In this document: positions 42,501 through 52,643 of the stretch, in pieces | Numbering within the stretch: the stretch's first letter is position 1 | Layout: every line of letters begins with the position of its first letter | Origin: Vulcanimicrobiota bacterium | Lineage (GTDB): Bacteria > Vulcanimicrobiota > Vulcanimicrobiia > Vulcanimicrobiales > Vulcanimicrobiaceae | Assembly (NCBI GenBank): GCA_963724935.1 | Contig: CAVRWK010000003.1 | Span: forward strand, 75,697 to 139,696 | DNA: 64,000 nt | Direction: 5' to 3' | The notes under the pieces: generated by a model | Seen by the model: the letters and a program-made list of their open reading frames with translations, nothing else | The model's database searches: none | What the model was told of the DNA's origin: nothing | Program-made: the position numbers and the translations under genes

Positions 42501-43841
42501 TTGCTAGCATCGGCGCACATGATCACGGCGACCGAACAACGCGTCGACGAGCTTTTGCGCGACGCGCGAACGTGGGACGCGGCGCGTTTCGCGGACGCCG
42601 CCCGCTTGGGGAACGACGATCCGTCGCTGCGGCGGCTGGCCGCCGGAGTGTTCGCGATCAGCGGCCGTCACGAGGCCTTAGCAGCAGTCCAAGACGTTCG
42701 ACTTCTAACGCCGCATGGAGCCGGCGACGTCGAAGCGTACGTCGCTTCCCTCCCCGGCGGTCCGAGTGCGTTCGACTATGCCGCCGCGGGTGCGGGGGCC
42801 GCCTGGCGCGGAGAAGCCGTTGAAACCTATCGACTGCTGCGAAGTGGGGCCGCGCTCGCAATCGAAGCGGGCGCTACCCATATCGCGATCGCCATCGACG
42901 AGCGGTTGGCGCAGCACGCGTTGCTCTTTGGAAACGTGGACGTCGCGCAACGCGCCGTCGCTGCGGCACTGGCGTTGGCTCCGGTGCAACGGGCGTGGAG
43001 CTGGCACTGGCGCGCCGCTGCGACGGCCGCGCGACTTTCCGTCGCGGTGGGCGATACCGGCCGCGCAGTCGATCTGGTCGCACAGTCGCGCAACGCTCGA
43101 TCGCCCGAGATCGACGCGCTATTCGCTCCAAGCGCGGTCGCGCTTTCGGCGCTGCACAATGCAGCGCCGGTCGTTACCGACGAACTACGACGCATCGCGC
43201 TCACGTGTGAGACGCCCCATCTGGCCGCGTCGGCGGCAATGGCCTGGGCGGTCGCCGAACCGTCCGAACCGAACGCGCCGTCACCGGCCACCGTCGCCCT
43301 GCGCCGCGCGCTTCTGCGCGGAAGCGACGGCCTGGATACGATCGAGCTGTATTCGATAACCGCGCGTTACGGCGACGTCGACGATGCGCGCATTGCCGCC
43401 GCGGCGCTGCTCGCGTTGGCCGCGTACAATCGCCCGTTCGCCGATGCCCACGCGCAGCTGGCGCGGGCGTACATTCTGTTTCGCACCGGGCGTCACGACG
43501 CGGCTGCGGCAGCCGCCGGCGATGCCGCGCGCGCGTTCGCGGCGGTTGGCTTGCGCGGCTGGACGAACGAATCGATGCTGCTGCTCGTTCGCCAGGAAGG
43601 CGATGCAGGAGCGGCACGCCGGCGACCGTCCGCGCTCGCCTTAACCGGCCGCGAACGCCAGGTCGCACAACTGATTCGCCGCGGGTCTTCGAATCGCGAC
43701 GTCGCCCGCGTTTTAGACATTAGCGAGCACACCGTCGAGCGTCACGTCAGCTCGATTCTGTCTCGTCTCGGACTTCGATCGCGCTGGCAGTTGGTTCGAC
43801 GAACGTCAGGACGAACAATAAGAACGTGTTCTAATTATTAA
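42501..43841 (+). CDS. LuxR-family transcriptional regulator with large helical N-terminal domain
   Basis: C-terminal LuxR/GerE HTH (LTGRERQVAQLIRRGSSNRDVARVLDISEHTVERHVSSILSRLGL). The Ala-rich helical N-domain has no receiver or ATPase motif. The likely true start is ATG 42519. Confidence 0.7.
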   Translation: MLASAHMITATEQRVDELLRDARTWDAARFADAARLGNDDPSLRRLAAGVFAISGRHEALAAVQDVRLLTPHGAGDVEAYVASLPGGPSAFDYAAAGAGAAWRGEAVETYRLLRSGAALAIEAGATHIAIAIDERLAQHALLFGNVDVAQRAVAAALALAPVQRAWSWHWRAAATAARLSVAVGDTGRAVDLVAQSRNARSPEIDALFAPSAVALSALHNAAPVVTDELRRIALTCETPHLAASAAMAWAVAEPSEPNAPSPATVALRRALLRGSDGLDTIELYSITARYGDVDDARIAAAALLALAAYNRPFADAHAQLARAYILFRTGRHDAAAAAAGDAARAFAAVGLRGWTNESMLLLVRQEGDAGAARRRPSALALTGRERQVAQLIRRGSSNRDVARVLDISEHTVERHVSSILSRLGLRSRWQLVRRTSGRTIRTCSNY

Positions 43842-43850
43842 GAACGTATC
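43794..43850 (+). promoter_or_regulatory. cluster of GAAC/GTTC half-sites (candidate operator) at the luxR 3' end, upstream of the TBDR operon
   Basis: GTTCGACGAAC palindrome 43794..43804. AGAACGTGTTCT inverted repeat 43821..43832. TAAGAACGT direct repeat at 43819 and 43839 (20-nt spacing). Locally AT-rich. Confidence 0.3.
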
Positions 43851-43972
43851 ATTAGAGCCGCTAGTGCATTAACGAACCCCGTGGCTCCCGGGATGCGCGC
43901 GAGCGCTAGGCTCGCCTACCATCGTGATGAGGAGTATCCGCCCCGGCTGCTTCTCGTTGCTACTGGGAGAGC

Positions 43973-46900
43973 TTGTTGTTCGACGTTATTGCTCGCCTCG
44001 GCAAGCGCTTCGCTTGCGCGGTGTTCTTGTGCATTGCGACCTCGCCGCTGCCCGCCGGCGCCGACACCGCAGGCATCATCTCAGGCACGGTCACCGACTT
44101 CAAGACGCACGCGCCGCTCGCGGGCGTGGCCGTCGTTGCCAAGTCGCCCAGCGCGACCTACCGCAACGTTACCGACGCGCGCGGACGCTACACGTTTTTG
44201 AGCGTGCTGCCCGACAATTATTCGATTTCTTTCACCCGCACGGGCTATGCGGCATATTCCGCCGTCGCCGTCGTGCTGAACGGTTCGCAGCAGAAAGTCG
44301 ACGCCGAACTTTCGATCACCCTGCGCACGATCGCGCACACTCGCGCCCGTTCGGCCGGCAGCGCGTACCAACGCGGTATGACGATCGATACCTACACGGT
44401 AACCGGCGCGCAGATCGAGACCGTACAAGGCAAGGCGTTTAACGCCGACGAGAATCAGCTGCTGCGCAGCATTCCCTCCGTCACGATCGATAAATCCGGA
44501 ACGGTTTCGATTCGCGGCGGCTTCGCGTTCGAGGCGGCCTACGAGTTCGAAGGCATCGACTACACAACGCCCAACGCGAACCTCCAAAATACGCTCCAGA
44601 ACGTCGGCAACTTCAACCTGCTCAATGGCGTCGGCAGCGTGCAGTTGATTCCCGGCGGCGGCGACGCCACCCACGGCGACACCGGCACGGGCCTCATCTT
44701 ATTTACCGCCAAGCACGGAACGTATCCGGAGTTTTTCCACGCCGACGTCGAGTCGCAAGTGTTCCCATACCTGCATCAGCTCGGCTTGGAGTGGGGTTGG
44801 GCCGATCCCAAGCAACATCTTTCCAACTACGCCGGTTTTATCGGCATTCGTAAAAACTATCAGTACGGAACGCCGGGTACCGCGGCCGCCACGCTCGGCA
44901 CGTTGGGTACCAACGCCGCGACGCTCGGCAGCGTCATCGATCCGAACGCGGTATATTACGCACCGTCGTTTGTCGCATCGAACGACTTCGTCGATAACTT
45001 GATCTACCGATTCGGCAAGAACGACAGCCAGCGGTTTCAGTTCTTCATTCAAGATCAAGCCGTCAATCAAACGCTGGATTACGGCGGCTTTCAGAACCTG
45101 CAGTACATCACCGGCGGCAAGGCCTCGGGACAGTGCTCGCGCTATCCCGTGATCGGCTCGAACGGTCCGGTCAACACGACGCAGCAAAACTTCGTGTGCG
45201 ATACGCTGACACCGATGTTCCCGGGCCAGCCCAACAGTTATGCGTTCGTTTCGCAGCCCGACACGCTGTCGAGCCCATTTCTGGCCTACAAGTTCGAGTA
45301 CGGCGCCAACCTCGGCTCGTCGTCGCTGTTGACCGCACGCTACTTCCGCACGTTTAGCCAGCAAGAGCAGATCATGCCGGCGCAAGGAATCTTCGCTTCG
45401 CCCTACGGGGGCCAGCGCACCGCGTTCCAGCTCGACGACACCACGCAAATTGGTAGCAAGAACACGATCAAAGTCGGCGGTATCTACGAGTTTCTCAAAC
45501 CGTATGGCGACCGCTTCGATTACACATCGTACACCGCGTTCACATCGCCGGCGTACATCGTGACCTACGCGATCACCCATCCCAACCAACCGCTGCCGTT
45601 GCCGTACACCTATCAGGGTTTGCTGCCCAACAATAACCCCGCCGCACAGCAAGGCCTGGAAGAAGACTTCTTTTCGCCGTCGCTGTGCCGCCAGCTGAAC
45701 TTGCAGTCGGGCTGCGGGTATCTCAATTCCTACTTTCCAAACGGCGTACGCTTTCCGTACGAACACGACATCCCGACCGTGACGCAGCAGACGTACGGCT
45801 TGTACGTGCAAGACACGCTCGACATGTCGGACCGCTGGAAAGGCGAAGCGGGCCTGCGACTCGACGGGTACAACTTTCAGATCCCCGAGCAAGCCGGCGC
45901 ACCCCCGACGGTCGGCGCGGTAGCTCACCAGCGTTTGTACGAGCCGCATTTCGATCTGTCGTATCTGCCCGATCAACGCGATACGCTGCGCGTCGGTTTC
46001 GGCCATACGCTGTCGATTCCGTTGCCGAGCCAGCTCGGCAACGACGTCAGCATGACGCCTTACGCCGCCTTCGACAATGTTCCGTCGTACGATAATACGA
46101 CCGGAGCGCCCGCGCAGTACTGCGGTCCCCACGCCAACCGGCAGTGCTCCAACTATGCCCAGCAACTCTACTGGCTGACGCGCGACTACCGCTTCGGTAG
46201 CTCGACGCTTGAGGCCCCGCTTGTCGGCGCCACGTTTACCAACATAGACGTTTCGTGGGCGCACGAGTTTCGTGACGGCGCCGCATTCAAGGTGACGCCG
46301 TTTTACCGCCGTGGTTACAACGTGATCGAACAGACGGCGCAGATTATTGGATTCAACTATAATACTGGCACGCCCGTCTACGGCGACGTCGCGTATTCGA
46401 ATCTGGGCACGCAAAAAGCGACCGGCGTCGAGCTCCTCTATACCAAAGAGGTGCCGCTCGGCTTGTCGATGCAAATCGGCGCGACCTACATCAGTCAGTT
46501 CGGTAACGAACCACCCGGCGCGTTTTTACAGCCTGCCGCGCTGGCACTGGGCATCACGTACCGCTCGCCCGATCTCTCGCCGTTCCAAGCCAATGCGGCC
46601 TTTAACTACCGCACGGCCAAAGGCTGGCGCATCAACCCGGTGATCGGCTTCAACGTCGGTTATCCATACGGCGGCGGATACTACACGGCGGTGTATTGCA
46701 ACGGTATAGCGGTCATCGTTCCAAGTACCAGCCTGTCGACGATCTTCTCGCAAACGCCGGGATACATCGATCCGCTCGATCCGGGAACCTGCACCAAGCC
46801 GAACATCGCAGCAACGCGCGGCATCCACGAACCGGGATTGCCCGGCGGCCTGCTTACCACGCCGCGCATCGATGCTGACTTGACCGTTGAGTACAGCCCG

Positions 46901-47158
46901 CCGACCAAATCGTTAACCAAATCGATCTTCGGATTACAAGTACAAAACCTATTCAACCAAACCTACAACGTCCCGATCGTTAACGGCTGTTACGGTATTC
47001 CCGTAACGACCGGTTTGACCAGTGGTTCGGCGCCTTGTACCTACAGTACGCCGCAGTACGCACCGCCCGACGTGGCCTCGCACGGCAACGCGCCGTATCT
47101 GACGTACCCGAACGAAACGCCGATTTCGTTCCGCCTCTACTACCAGGTGACGATATGA
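43973..47158 (+). CDS. TonB-dependent receptor-like outer-membrane protein with N-terminal carboxypeptidase-regulatory-like domain
   Basis: 1061-aa ORF (TTG start) with a signal peptide (FACAVFLCIATSPLPAGA). CarbopepD_reg-like domain (GIISGTVTDFKTHAPLAGVAVVAKS...TDARGRYTFLSVLPDNYSISFTRTGY). Plug-like segment (LLRSIPSVTIDKSGTVSIRGG). The long remainder is rich in alternating Y/F/G strands. Confidence 0.75.
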   Translation: MLFDVIARLGKRFACAVFLCIATSPLPAGADTAGIISGTVTDFKTHAPLAGVAVVAKSPSATYRNVTDARGRYTFLSVLPDNYSISFTRTGYAAYSAVAVVLNGSQQKVDAELSITLRTIAHTRARSAGSAYQRGMTIDTYTVTGAQIETVQGKAFNADENQLLRSIPSVTIDKSGTVSIRGGFAFEAAYEFEGIDYTTPNANLQNTLQNVGNFNLLNGVGSVQLIPGGGDATHGDTGTGLILFTAKHGTYPEFFHADVESQVFPYLHQLGLEWGWADPKQHLSNYAGFIGIRKNYQYGTPGTAAATLGTLGTNAATLGSVIDPNAVYYAPSFVASNDFVDNLIYRFGKNDSQRFQFFIQDQAVNQTLDYGGFQNLQYITGGKASGQCSRYPVIGSNGPVNTTQQNFVCDTLTPMFPGQPNSYAFVSQPDTLSSPFLAYKFEYGANLGSSSLLTARYFRTFSQQEQIMPAQGIFASPYGGQRTAFQLDDTTQIGSKNTIKVGGIYEFLKPYGDRFDYTSYTAFTSPAYIVTYAITHPNQPLPLPYTYQGLLPNNNPAAQQGLEEDFFSPSLCRQLNLQSGCGYLNSYFPNGVRFPYEHDIPTVTQQTYGLYVQDTLDMSDRWKGEAGLRLDGYNFQIPEQAGAPPTVGAVAHQRLYEPHFDLSYLPDQRDTLRVGFGHTLSIPLPSQLGNDVSMTPYAAFDNVPSYDNTTGAPAQYCGPHANRQCSNYAQQLYWLTRDYRFGSSTLEAPLVGATFTNIDVSWAHEFRDGAAFKVTPFYRRGYNVIEQTAQIIGFNYNTGTPVYGDVAYSNLGTQKATGVELLYTKEVPLGLSMQIGATYISQFGNEPPGAFLQPAALALGITYRSPDLSPFQANAAFNYRTAKGWRINPVIGFNVGYPYGGGYYTAVYCNGIAVIVPSTSLSTIFSQTPGYIDPLDPGTCTKPNIAATRGIHEPGLPGGLLTTPRIDADLTVEYSPPTKSLTKSIFGLQVQNLFNQTYNVPIVNGCYGIPVTTGLTSGSAPCTYSTPQYAPPDVASHGNAPYLTYPNETPISFRLYYQVTI

Positions 47159-48345
47159 TTCTGCGATTAGCGATTATGTATGCGGTCGTTGCACTGCTTA
47201 CCGCGTGCGGCAATGGCGCTTCCTCCGAGCCGCCGCAAACCTCGCTCGACCCGGCCGCGTCGAGCAAACTGCAGTTTTCGGTCGGCGTTGCGACGATCAG
47301 CTTCAACGGCGGCCAGAGCGTCGCGTACGGACTGAACACCGTGCTAACGTTGCGTCAATCCAACGGGTTGTCGGGCACGCTCTATAACATTCCGCAGATT
47401 CTCGGACCGTCGAACTTCAACGTGCTCACGTCGACGGTGACCGGAAACGAAGTGCAGTCCGCCGGCGCCGATCTAGGCACCAACCACATTACTTGGGCGA
47501 CGCTCAACCAAACGCTCTGGACCGGGCCGCCGCAAGGGCAGAAGGCGGCGACCACCGGCGCGTTCGGATACGGATTCTGTCCGTGCAACGCAGACGCCGG
47601 TCCGCAAAACGGCACGGCGCCGCTGTATCAGGCTTTCAATCTGCCGGTATACGGCACCGGCAGCAATGCAGAACACTTCTACGGTGGTCCGCCCTCGTTT
47701 CCGAACTTCGACCCGTCGCTCGAGGCGCTCGGATTCGTCGGTTTCTCGCTCGGCTTTACAGACTTCGCCGTAACGCCAGTCATTGGTACGTATCACTTGT
47801 ATGCGGCCGTTCCGCCTGCATACACCACGCCGCAGAATCCGGTGCCGACGCCCGGGCCCGGCGGTACGCCGACGCCCGGGCCCGGAGTCCTCGCGGCGGC
47901 AGCGCAGATCACGCACGTTACGCCGTTGCCGGCGTTCAAGACGCCAAGCTTTAGCGCCGACGGTAGCGGCGGTGGGACCGTCGGGGTTACCGTTCCCAAA
48001 GGCGCGACCGAGGCGGTCGTTATCCTGCGCGCCGTCGCCGACAGCGGCACCGGCGTTTGCTTGCAAGCGCACACGTTCGACGCGTACTACACGCTCGTCG
48101 CGAAACGCACCGGCACGCAACGGCTTACGTTGCCCGATAACATCGGGCCGAAGACCCAATCGAATCAACCGAGCGCAACGATTTGCCCGAGCGGCTCATA
48201 TCAAGTCTATGCTGCCGGGGCAAACTATCCGCTGTACGAGGCGTCGTATCCGACGAACCTTTCGCAACTACCAGTCATTCGCGGCAAGGACGGACAAGCC
48301 GACATCAGCACGTCCGATATGCTGCAAGGCACCTATCCACAATGA
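47155..48345 (+). CDS. lipoprotein of unknown function (TBDR operon)
   Basis: ORF 47035..48345 trimmed to ATG 47155 (ATGA overlap with the TBDR stop). Signal plus lipobox MILRLAIMYAVVALLTA-C. Pro/Thr linker TPQNPVPTPGPGGTPTPGPG. No family recognised. Confidence 0.6.
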   Translation: MILRLAIMYAVVALLTACGNGASSEPPQTSLDPAASSKLQFSVGVATISFNGGQSVAYGLNTVLTLRQSNGLSGTLYNIPQILGPSNFNVLTSTVTGNEVQSAGADLGTNHITWATLNQTLWTGPPQGQKAATTGAFGYGFCPCNADAGPQNGTAPLYQAFNLPVYGTGSNAEHFYGGPPSFPNFDPSLEALGFVGFSLGFTDFAVTPVIGTYHLYAAVPPAYTTPQNPVPTPGPGGTPTPGPGVLAAAAQITHVTPLPAFKTPSFSADGSGGGTVGVTVPKGATEAVVILRAVADSGTGVCLQAHTFDAYYTLVAKRTGTQRLTLPDNIGPKTQSNQPSATICPSGSYQVYAAGANYPLYEASYPTNLSQLPVIRGKDGQADISTSDMLQGTYPQ

Positions 48346-50345
48346 TGTTACGACCGGGCGCGCGCGCAGCATTCACCCTCGCACTCGCGTTGATCGCGGG
48401 TTGCAGCGGCTCGCCCGGTACGCCGAATGGCTCCGTCGTCGGATCCGGTGGCGGTCCGGTTACGCCGCCGACGACGCTCGTGAACGTTTCGGTTGCGGTA
48501 ATCGTTCGCGGTAACAACGGCGTTTCGCCGGGTTACGTTTCGTCTAAAACCGCGTCGCTCTCGATCGGCTTGGCGTCGGTGAACGGCGGTCCGGTGTCCG
48601 GCGCCGGCACGTCGACCATCACCACGACCCTCAAATCGCACGGCTGCAAGTTGCAAGGCCAGCAGCTGATTTGCACGGGGGATGTTTCCGGATCTCCGGG
48701 CACCGACGTCTTCTCCGTCACCACCTACGACGGACCAAATGCGACCGGCGACGTGCTGTCCGTCGGCACGATGCAAGCATCGATCGGCAGCGGCGGTGGC
48801 AAGGTCTCGATCTCCGAGCAGAACTCGGGACAAATCGACGGAATCGCCGCCAAACTCAAACTGGCGCTAGCCGAGAAGAACGGCAAGCGAGGTAAGGCGC
48901 TCACCATTCCGGTTACGCTGAACGCCTACGACGCCGCCGGTGCGCTCATTCAAGGCAACACGCCCTACGCGTACCCGATCGCCCTCACAATCGAAGGCGA
49001 TGCTACCGGCTCATATTCGCTGCACGCCGGCACGCAATCGGGCGAGAACGCGCAAATCGAAGATCCGGCCCAGCCTATTACGTTACATTACAACGGCGAT
49101 TCGAATGCATCGTCGATTACGCTGCAAGCCAGCGTTTCGGCTCCGCAACCGGTCAGTGCGACGGCGCCGTTCAACTTGCGCGGTAATCCGCCGCCGCCGC
49201 CCGTCGGCACGATCTACGCCCTCAACCTCGGCAGCGACGACGGACAGGGCGCGACCGTTACGGAGTATTCCGGTAAAGCCAGCGGAAACGCCGCACCCGA
49301 ACGTACGCTGCAACTCGATGCAAAGCTCTACGCGCGCAGCATCGCAGTCGACGCAACCGGCAATCTCTACGTCGGCTACTTCGATACGACGATCGGCTTC
49401 AATCCCTCGAACGGGTCTCCCGACCAAAAGAACTTGGTGGCGGTGTACGCCCCCGGCGCCAGCGGTTCGGCTCAGCCGACCGCAACCCTAACCGCCGATA
49501 GCAGCAGTAAAACGTCGCTCTTCCCGCTCTACATGACGTTCGACACTGCGGGCGGTTTGGTTACGTACGGCGCGACCGATGTGGATGCAAATACCGGAGA
49601 TGCCGCCCTGACGTATGCGCCGGGAGCCGCCGGCGCGGCGACACCGCAGTCCGCCTGGAACTTTTCGTCGCCGTTGCTTTCGTACGCCGGCCCGACCGGG
49701 CTAGCGCTGGACGCTGCCGGTAACTTCTACGTCTCGGGCGCGCTCAAGACGTCATTGGGACCGCAATACGGCGTGTTCGTCAATCTGGCGAGCAACGGGA
49801 ATAACCCGCAGGCGAACCCATCCCGCACGATTCCGTGGGATACAAAAACCGAACTCACGCCGGGCGACACCACCAACGTCGCGCTCGACGATAGCGGCGA
49901 GATACTCGTCGCGAACTCGCTGGTGACGTTCGGCAGCGGTAGCAGCGCGACGTGTCAGGGACGCGCTAACGTCTATGCCGCGGGCGCATCCGGCGGCAAC
50001 ACCGACGTTAAGCCGCTACGCATCGTGACGTTCCAAGGAATCATCACGCAGAACGAAGCTTGCGTATCGCCGCGCAGCCCACTCCAGCCGTTCTATCCGT
50101 CGATCGCGGTGTATGGCGCCAACGTGTATGCCGCCGACGACTTCAACAATCAACTGGCAGCATATCCCGACGGACACAACGGCACCATCAAGCCGTCGCT
50201 GACGATATCCGGCGGCGCCACCGGACTCAACGCTCCGATTGCGATCGTCATCTCGTCACTTTCCGGCTCGGCCCAGGCCAAGCCGGTTACCGGCGTCTCA
50301 CGCGCGCCGGCTCACTCGACATCCTCCGTTTCACGCACACGCTAG
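48342..50345 (+). CDS. large lipoprotein with Ig-like N-terminal region and NHL/beta-propeller-like repeats
   Basis: ORF 48183..50345 trimmed to ATG 48342 (overlaps the previous stop). Lipobox LALALIAG-C. Repeats such as ATGNLYVGYFD...VAVYAPGASGSAQPTATL and AAGNFYVSG. Confidence 0.6.
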   Translation: MMLRPGARAAFTLALALIAGCSGSPGTPNGSVVGSGGGPVTPPTTLVNVSVAVIVRGNNGVSPGYVSSKTASLSIGLASVNGGPVSGAGTSTITTTLKSHGCKLQGQQLICTGDVSGSPGTDVFSVTTYDGPNATGDVLSVGTMQASIGSGGGKVSISEQNSGQIDGIAAKLKLALAEKNGKRGKALTIPVTLNAYDAAGALIQGNTPYAYPIALTIEGDATGSYSLHAGTQSGENAQIEDPAQPITLHYNGDSNASSITLQASVSAPQPVSATAPFNLRGNPPPPPVGTIYALNLGSDDGQGATVTEYSGKASGNAAPERTLQLDAKLYARSIAVDATGNLYVGYFDTTIGFNPSNGSPDQKNLVAVYAPGASGSAQPTATLTADSSSKTSLFPLYMTFDTAGGLVTYGATDVDANTGDAALTYAPGAAGAATPQSAWNFSSPLLSYAGPTGLALDAAGNFYVSGALKTSLGPQYGVFVNLASNGNNPQANPSRTIPWDTKTELTPGDTTNVALDDSGEILVANSLVTFGSGSSATCQGRANVYAAGASGGNTDVKPLRIVTFQGIITQNEACVSPRSPLQPFYPSIAVYGANVYAADDFNNQLAAYPDGHNGTIKPSLTISGGATGLNAPIAIVISSLSGSAQAKPVTGVSRAPAHSTSSVSRTR

Positions 50346-50363
50346 TACGAGGACATATTTGCA

Positions 50364-51812
50364 ATGAACAAGACCCTGGCCACGCTGGCCCTGGCAACCG
50401 TTCCAGCGCTGCTTCTCAGCGCTTGTAACGGCGGCGCCATGAGCCCCAGCGGTACCTCGGCGCTGCCCGCAACGACGCATAGCATCGGCGGCCACGCTAA
50501 ACCCAACGACAACGGCGCGCAAGATCTCCACGCGGGCGGCGCCACCTTCCCAGCCTACGCCTACAACCTGGCAAACCAGCCGGTGGGCAACTACAATCAA
50601 GCACAACAACCGCCCGGCGAAGGCTCGCTGTTTAACGCAGCGCCGACCACCGGAACGATCTACTACTGTCTGACCGGCTCGGGCGCGGGTCGTAAAGCGT
50701 TCGAAGGCGGCAGCGCCGATTCGTCAGCACCGCCCACCGGACCGTGCGCACCGCTTGGTGCGACCCCGACCGGCTTCGGCGGCCGCATGGATCCGCTCGA
50801 CTTCGTCGGCAGCGACGTCGCTATGCCGTCGACAGAATATGCGACCTATCAGCAAAATCGCGAGAGCGGCAGTCAGCAATGGGGCGAGCCGTTCGAGATC
50901 CCGACGATCGGCGGACCGATCGTATACGGCTACCGCTCTAAAGATTTCTCAGCGTCATCCAAGCTGAGATTCTCGGCGTGGACGTATTGCGCCATCGCCA
51001 ACGGAACGATTTCGAATTGGAACGACCCGGCCATCACCAACGACAATGGTGGCTCGGTGACCGGCGGCACGTCCGAACCGATCACGTTCTACTTCCGTTC
51101 GGATAGCAGCGGCACCAGCTACCTCTACACCAACCATCTCAACACGGCGTGTAACAGCAAATGGCACAAGCCGTACAACGCTGCCCCGTACGAAACGTCG
51201 GGACACAGTGCTGCTTGGACGTTCGGCGTTAATAGCACGTGGCCGGGACCAGGCTCGTCGAACGACCCGAACCCGAACTTCATCGGGGAAAGCGGCAACC
51301 CGGGCGTCCTCGCCGCGATCCAGTCCACGCCGTTCTCGACCGGTTACGTCGAAGGCGCCTATGCCAAATCAGCTAACCCGCCGGTCGCCCAAGCACTGCT
51401 GCAAAGCGGACAAAAGGGCCAGAAGGCGCTCTTCGTTGACCCGACCGACAAAGTGGCTGTCTCCAACGCACTAAAGAAAGTCACCGCGCAATCGATCACG
51501 TACGGCGAAGGCAGCGACGGCGTCCCGCTCGGCACCAGCCGTCCGGAATGCGTCCTCTATATCGATCCGTCGCACTTCGTGACGCCGCCGAACCGTGCGT
51601 ATCCGATCGTTGGACTCAGCTACTTCCTATTCTACGGACAGAACAACGGTGTCCACGTCCCGGACAAGAAGGCGCTGATCACGTTCATGGAATCCGCGCA
51701 AGCCAACAAGATCGTCAAGAAGCTCGAATACACCCCGCTCAACGCCTCGGTACAGAGTGCCGTCATCACCGCGCTTAACGGATCGGGCAGTAAGTCTGCC
51801 TGTCTCCAGTAA
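50364..51812 (+). CDS. PstS-like phosphate-binding-protein-family lipoprotein (enlarged)
   Basis: Lipobox ALLLSA-C. PstS-type motifs GGATFPAYAY, LTGSGAGRKAF, FVGSDVAM, IPTIGGPIVYGY, ISNWNDPAI, FRSDSSGTSYLYTNHL. 482 aa, longer than typical PstS. Confidence 0.7.
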   Translation: MNKTLATLALATVPALLLSACNGGAMSPSGTSALPATTHSIGGHAKPNDNGAQDLHAGGATFPAYAYNLANQPVGNYNQAQQPPGEGSLFNAAPTTGTIYYCLTGSGAGRKAFEGGSADSSAPPTGPCAPLGATPTGFGGRMDPLDFVGSDVAMPSTEYATYQQNRESGSQQWGEPFEIPTIGGPIVYGYRSKDFSASSKLRFSAWTYCAIANGTISNWNDPAITNDNGGSVTGGTSEPITFYFRSDSSGTSYLYTNHLNTACNSKWHKPYNAAPYETSGHSAAWTFGVNSTWPGPGSSNDPNPNFIGESGNPGVLAAIQSTPFSTGYVEGAYAKSANPPVAQALLQSGQKGQKALFVDPTDKVAVSNALKKVTAQSITYGEGSDGVPLGTSRPECVLYIDPSHFVTPPNRAYPIVGLSYFLFYGQNNGVHVPDKKALITFMESAQANKIVKKLEYTPLNASVQSAVITALNGSGSKSACLQ

Positions 51813-51878
51813 GCTTCACTCGAACGCCTTCGCTCGCCGTACGCGACGAGCGAAGGCATCTTTTTTAAGGGCCACACC

Positions 51879-52643
51879 ATGCTCGCTCGAAACAGGTTGC
51901 TTCCATCGCTCGCGGCCGCCATCGTTCTGTTAGCGGGATGCGGTGGCTCGAACGGTTCTACGCCCTCGATTGCGGCCGGGTCGGGCACCGTGCAGGTTCG
52001 GTTCATCCAAGGATCTCCGTCGCTTGAGGCAATCATCGGCGGCCAGCCGACAGATCTCGGCCCTTCTACGTATCTCAGCGTCAACGGCACGACCGTCGCA
52101 TCGTCTTTTCTCTACGCGTATCTGACACCGTTCTCCAACTATCACGCCGGCTCACTGTCGCTCGAAGCGCTCGATAGTTCGGGCTACAAAGTCGGCCCGG
52201 TAAAGACGACGGCGCTGACGGCCGGGAAAAGTTATACCGTCGCACTCGTCGGTGCGTATCCAAACTACAAGGCGCTGACATTCGAAGAGCCGGCGCCGCA
52301 ATCGCACGTAACCGTTTCGGCGTACGGCGCATCGCCCAGCGTGGCCGGCGCCGATTTCGGTTCGTTTATGACGTCGGGCAAGCGCCAATACAGAAAACTC
52401 GGTAGCGTAGCGTTGGGAGAGATCGCCACCGCAAACGTCGGCACGCACGTGACGAATTTCGGCGGGTACGTCGGACACGGAACGACGCCTGTGGAGCACG
52501 GCGCGATCACCGTGCAATCGGTCAACTCGTTCGATACCGCCGGCGCCCTGCCGTTCCACAACGCGACGCGCCTCTCATTATTTTTTCTCGACCCGAAGGG
52601 CGGTCAACCGCTCGGTCCGGTCCTGGGGAGCCTCGATCAGTGA
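51879..52643 (+). CDS. DUF4397-like lipoprotein
   Basis: Lipobox IVLLAG-C. VQVRFIQGSPSL...VNGTTV...AGSLSLEA...LTAGKSYTVALVG pattern typical of DUF4397. Confidence 0.55.
   Translation: MLARNRLLPSLAAAIVLLAGCGGSNGSTPSIAAGSGTVQVRFIQGSPSLEAIIGGQPTDLGPSTYLSVNGTTVASSFLYAYLTPFSNYHAGSLSLEALDSSGYKVGPVKTTALTAGKSYTVALVGAYPNYKALTFEEPAPQSHVTVSAYGASPSVAGADFGSFMTSGKRQYRKLGSVALGEIATANVGTHVTNFGGYVGHGTTPVEHGAITVQSVNSFDTAGALPFHNATRLSLFFLDPKGGQPLGPVLGSLDQ

Noticed and set aside
42416-42518. T-box or other leader upstream of valS
   Set aside because: The ~100-nt divergent region is too short for a T-box. I could find no T-box consensus, specifier-loop architecture or terminator/antiterminator pair, only short GC hairpins.
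43821-43832. AGAACGTGTTCT as a LexA (Cheo-type) SOS box
   Set aside because: The Gram-positive-type box is GAAC-N4-GTTC, whereas here the spacer is only 2 nt. No SOS gene is adjacent. It is kept only as a generic operator candidate.
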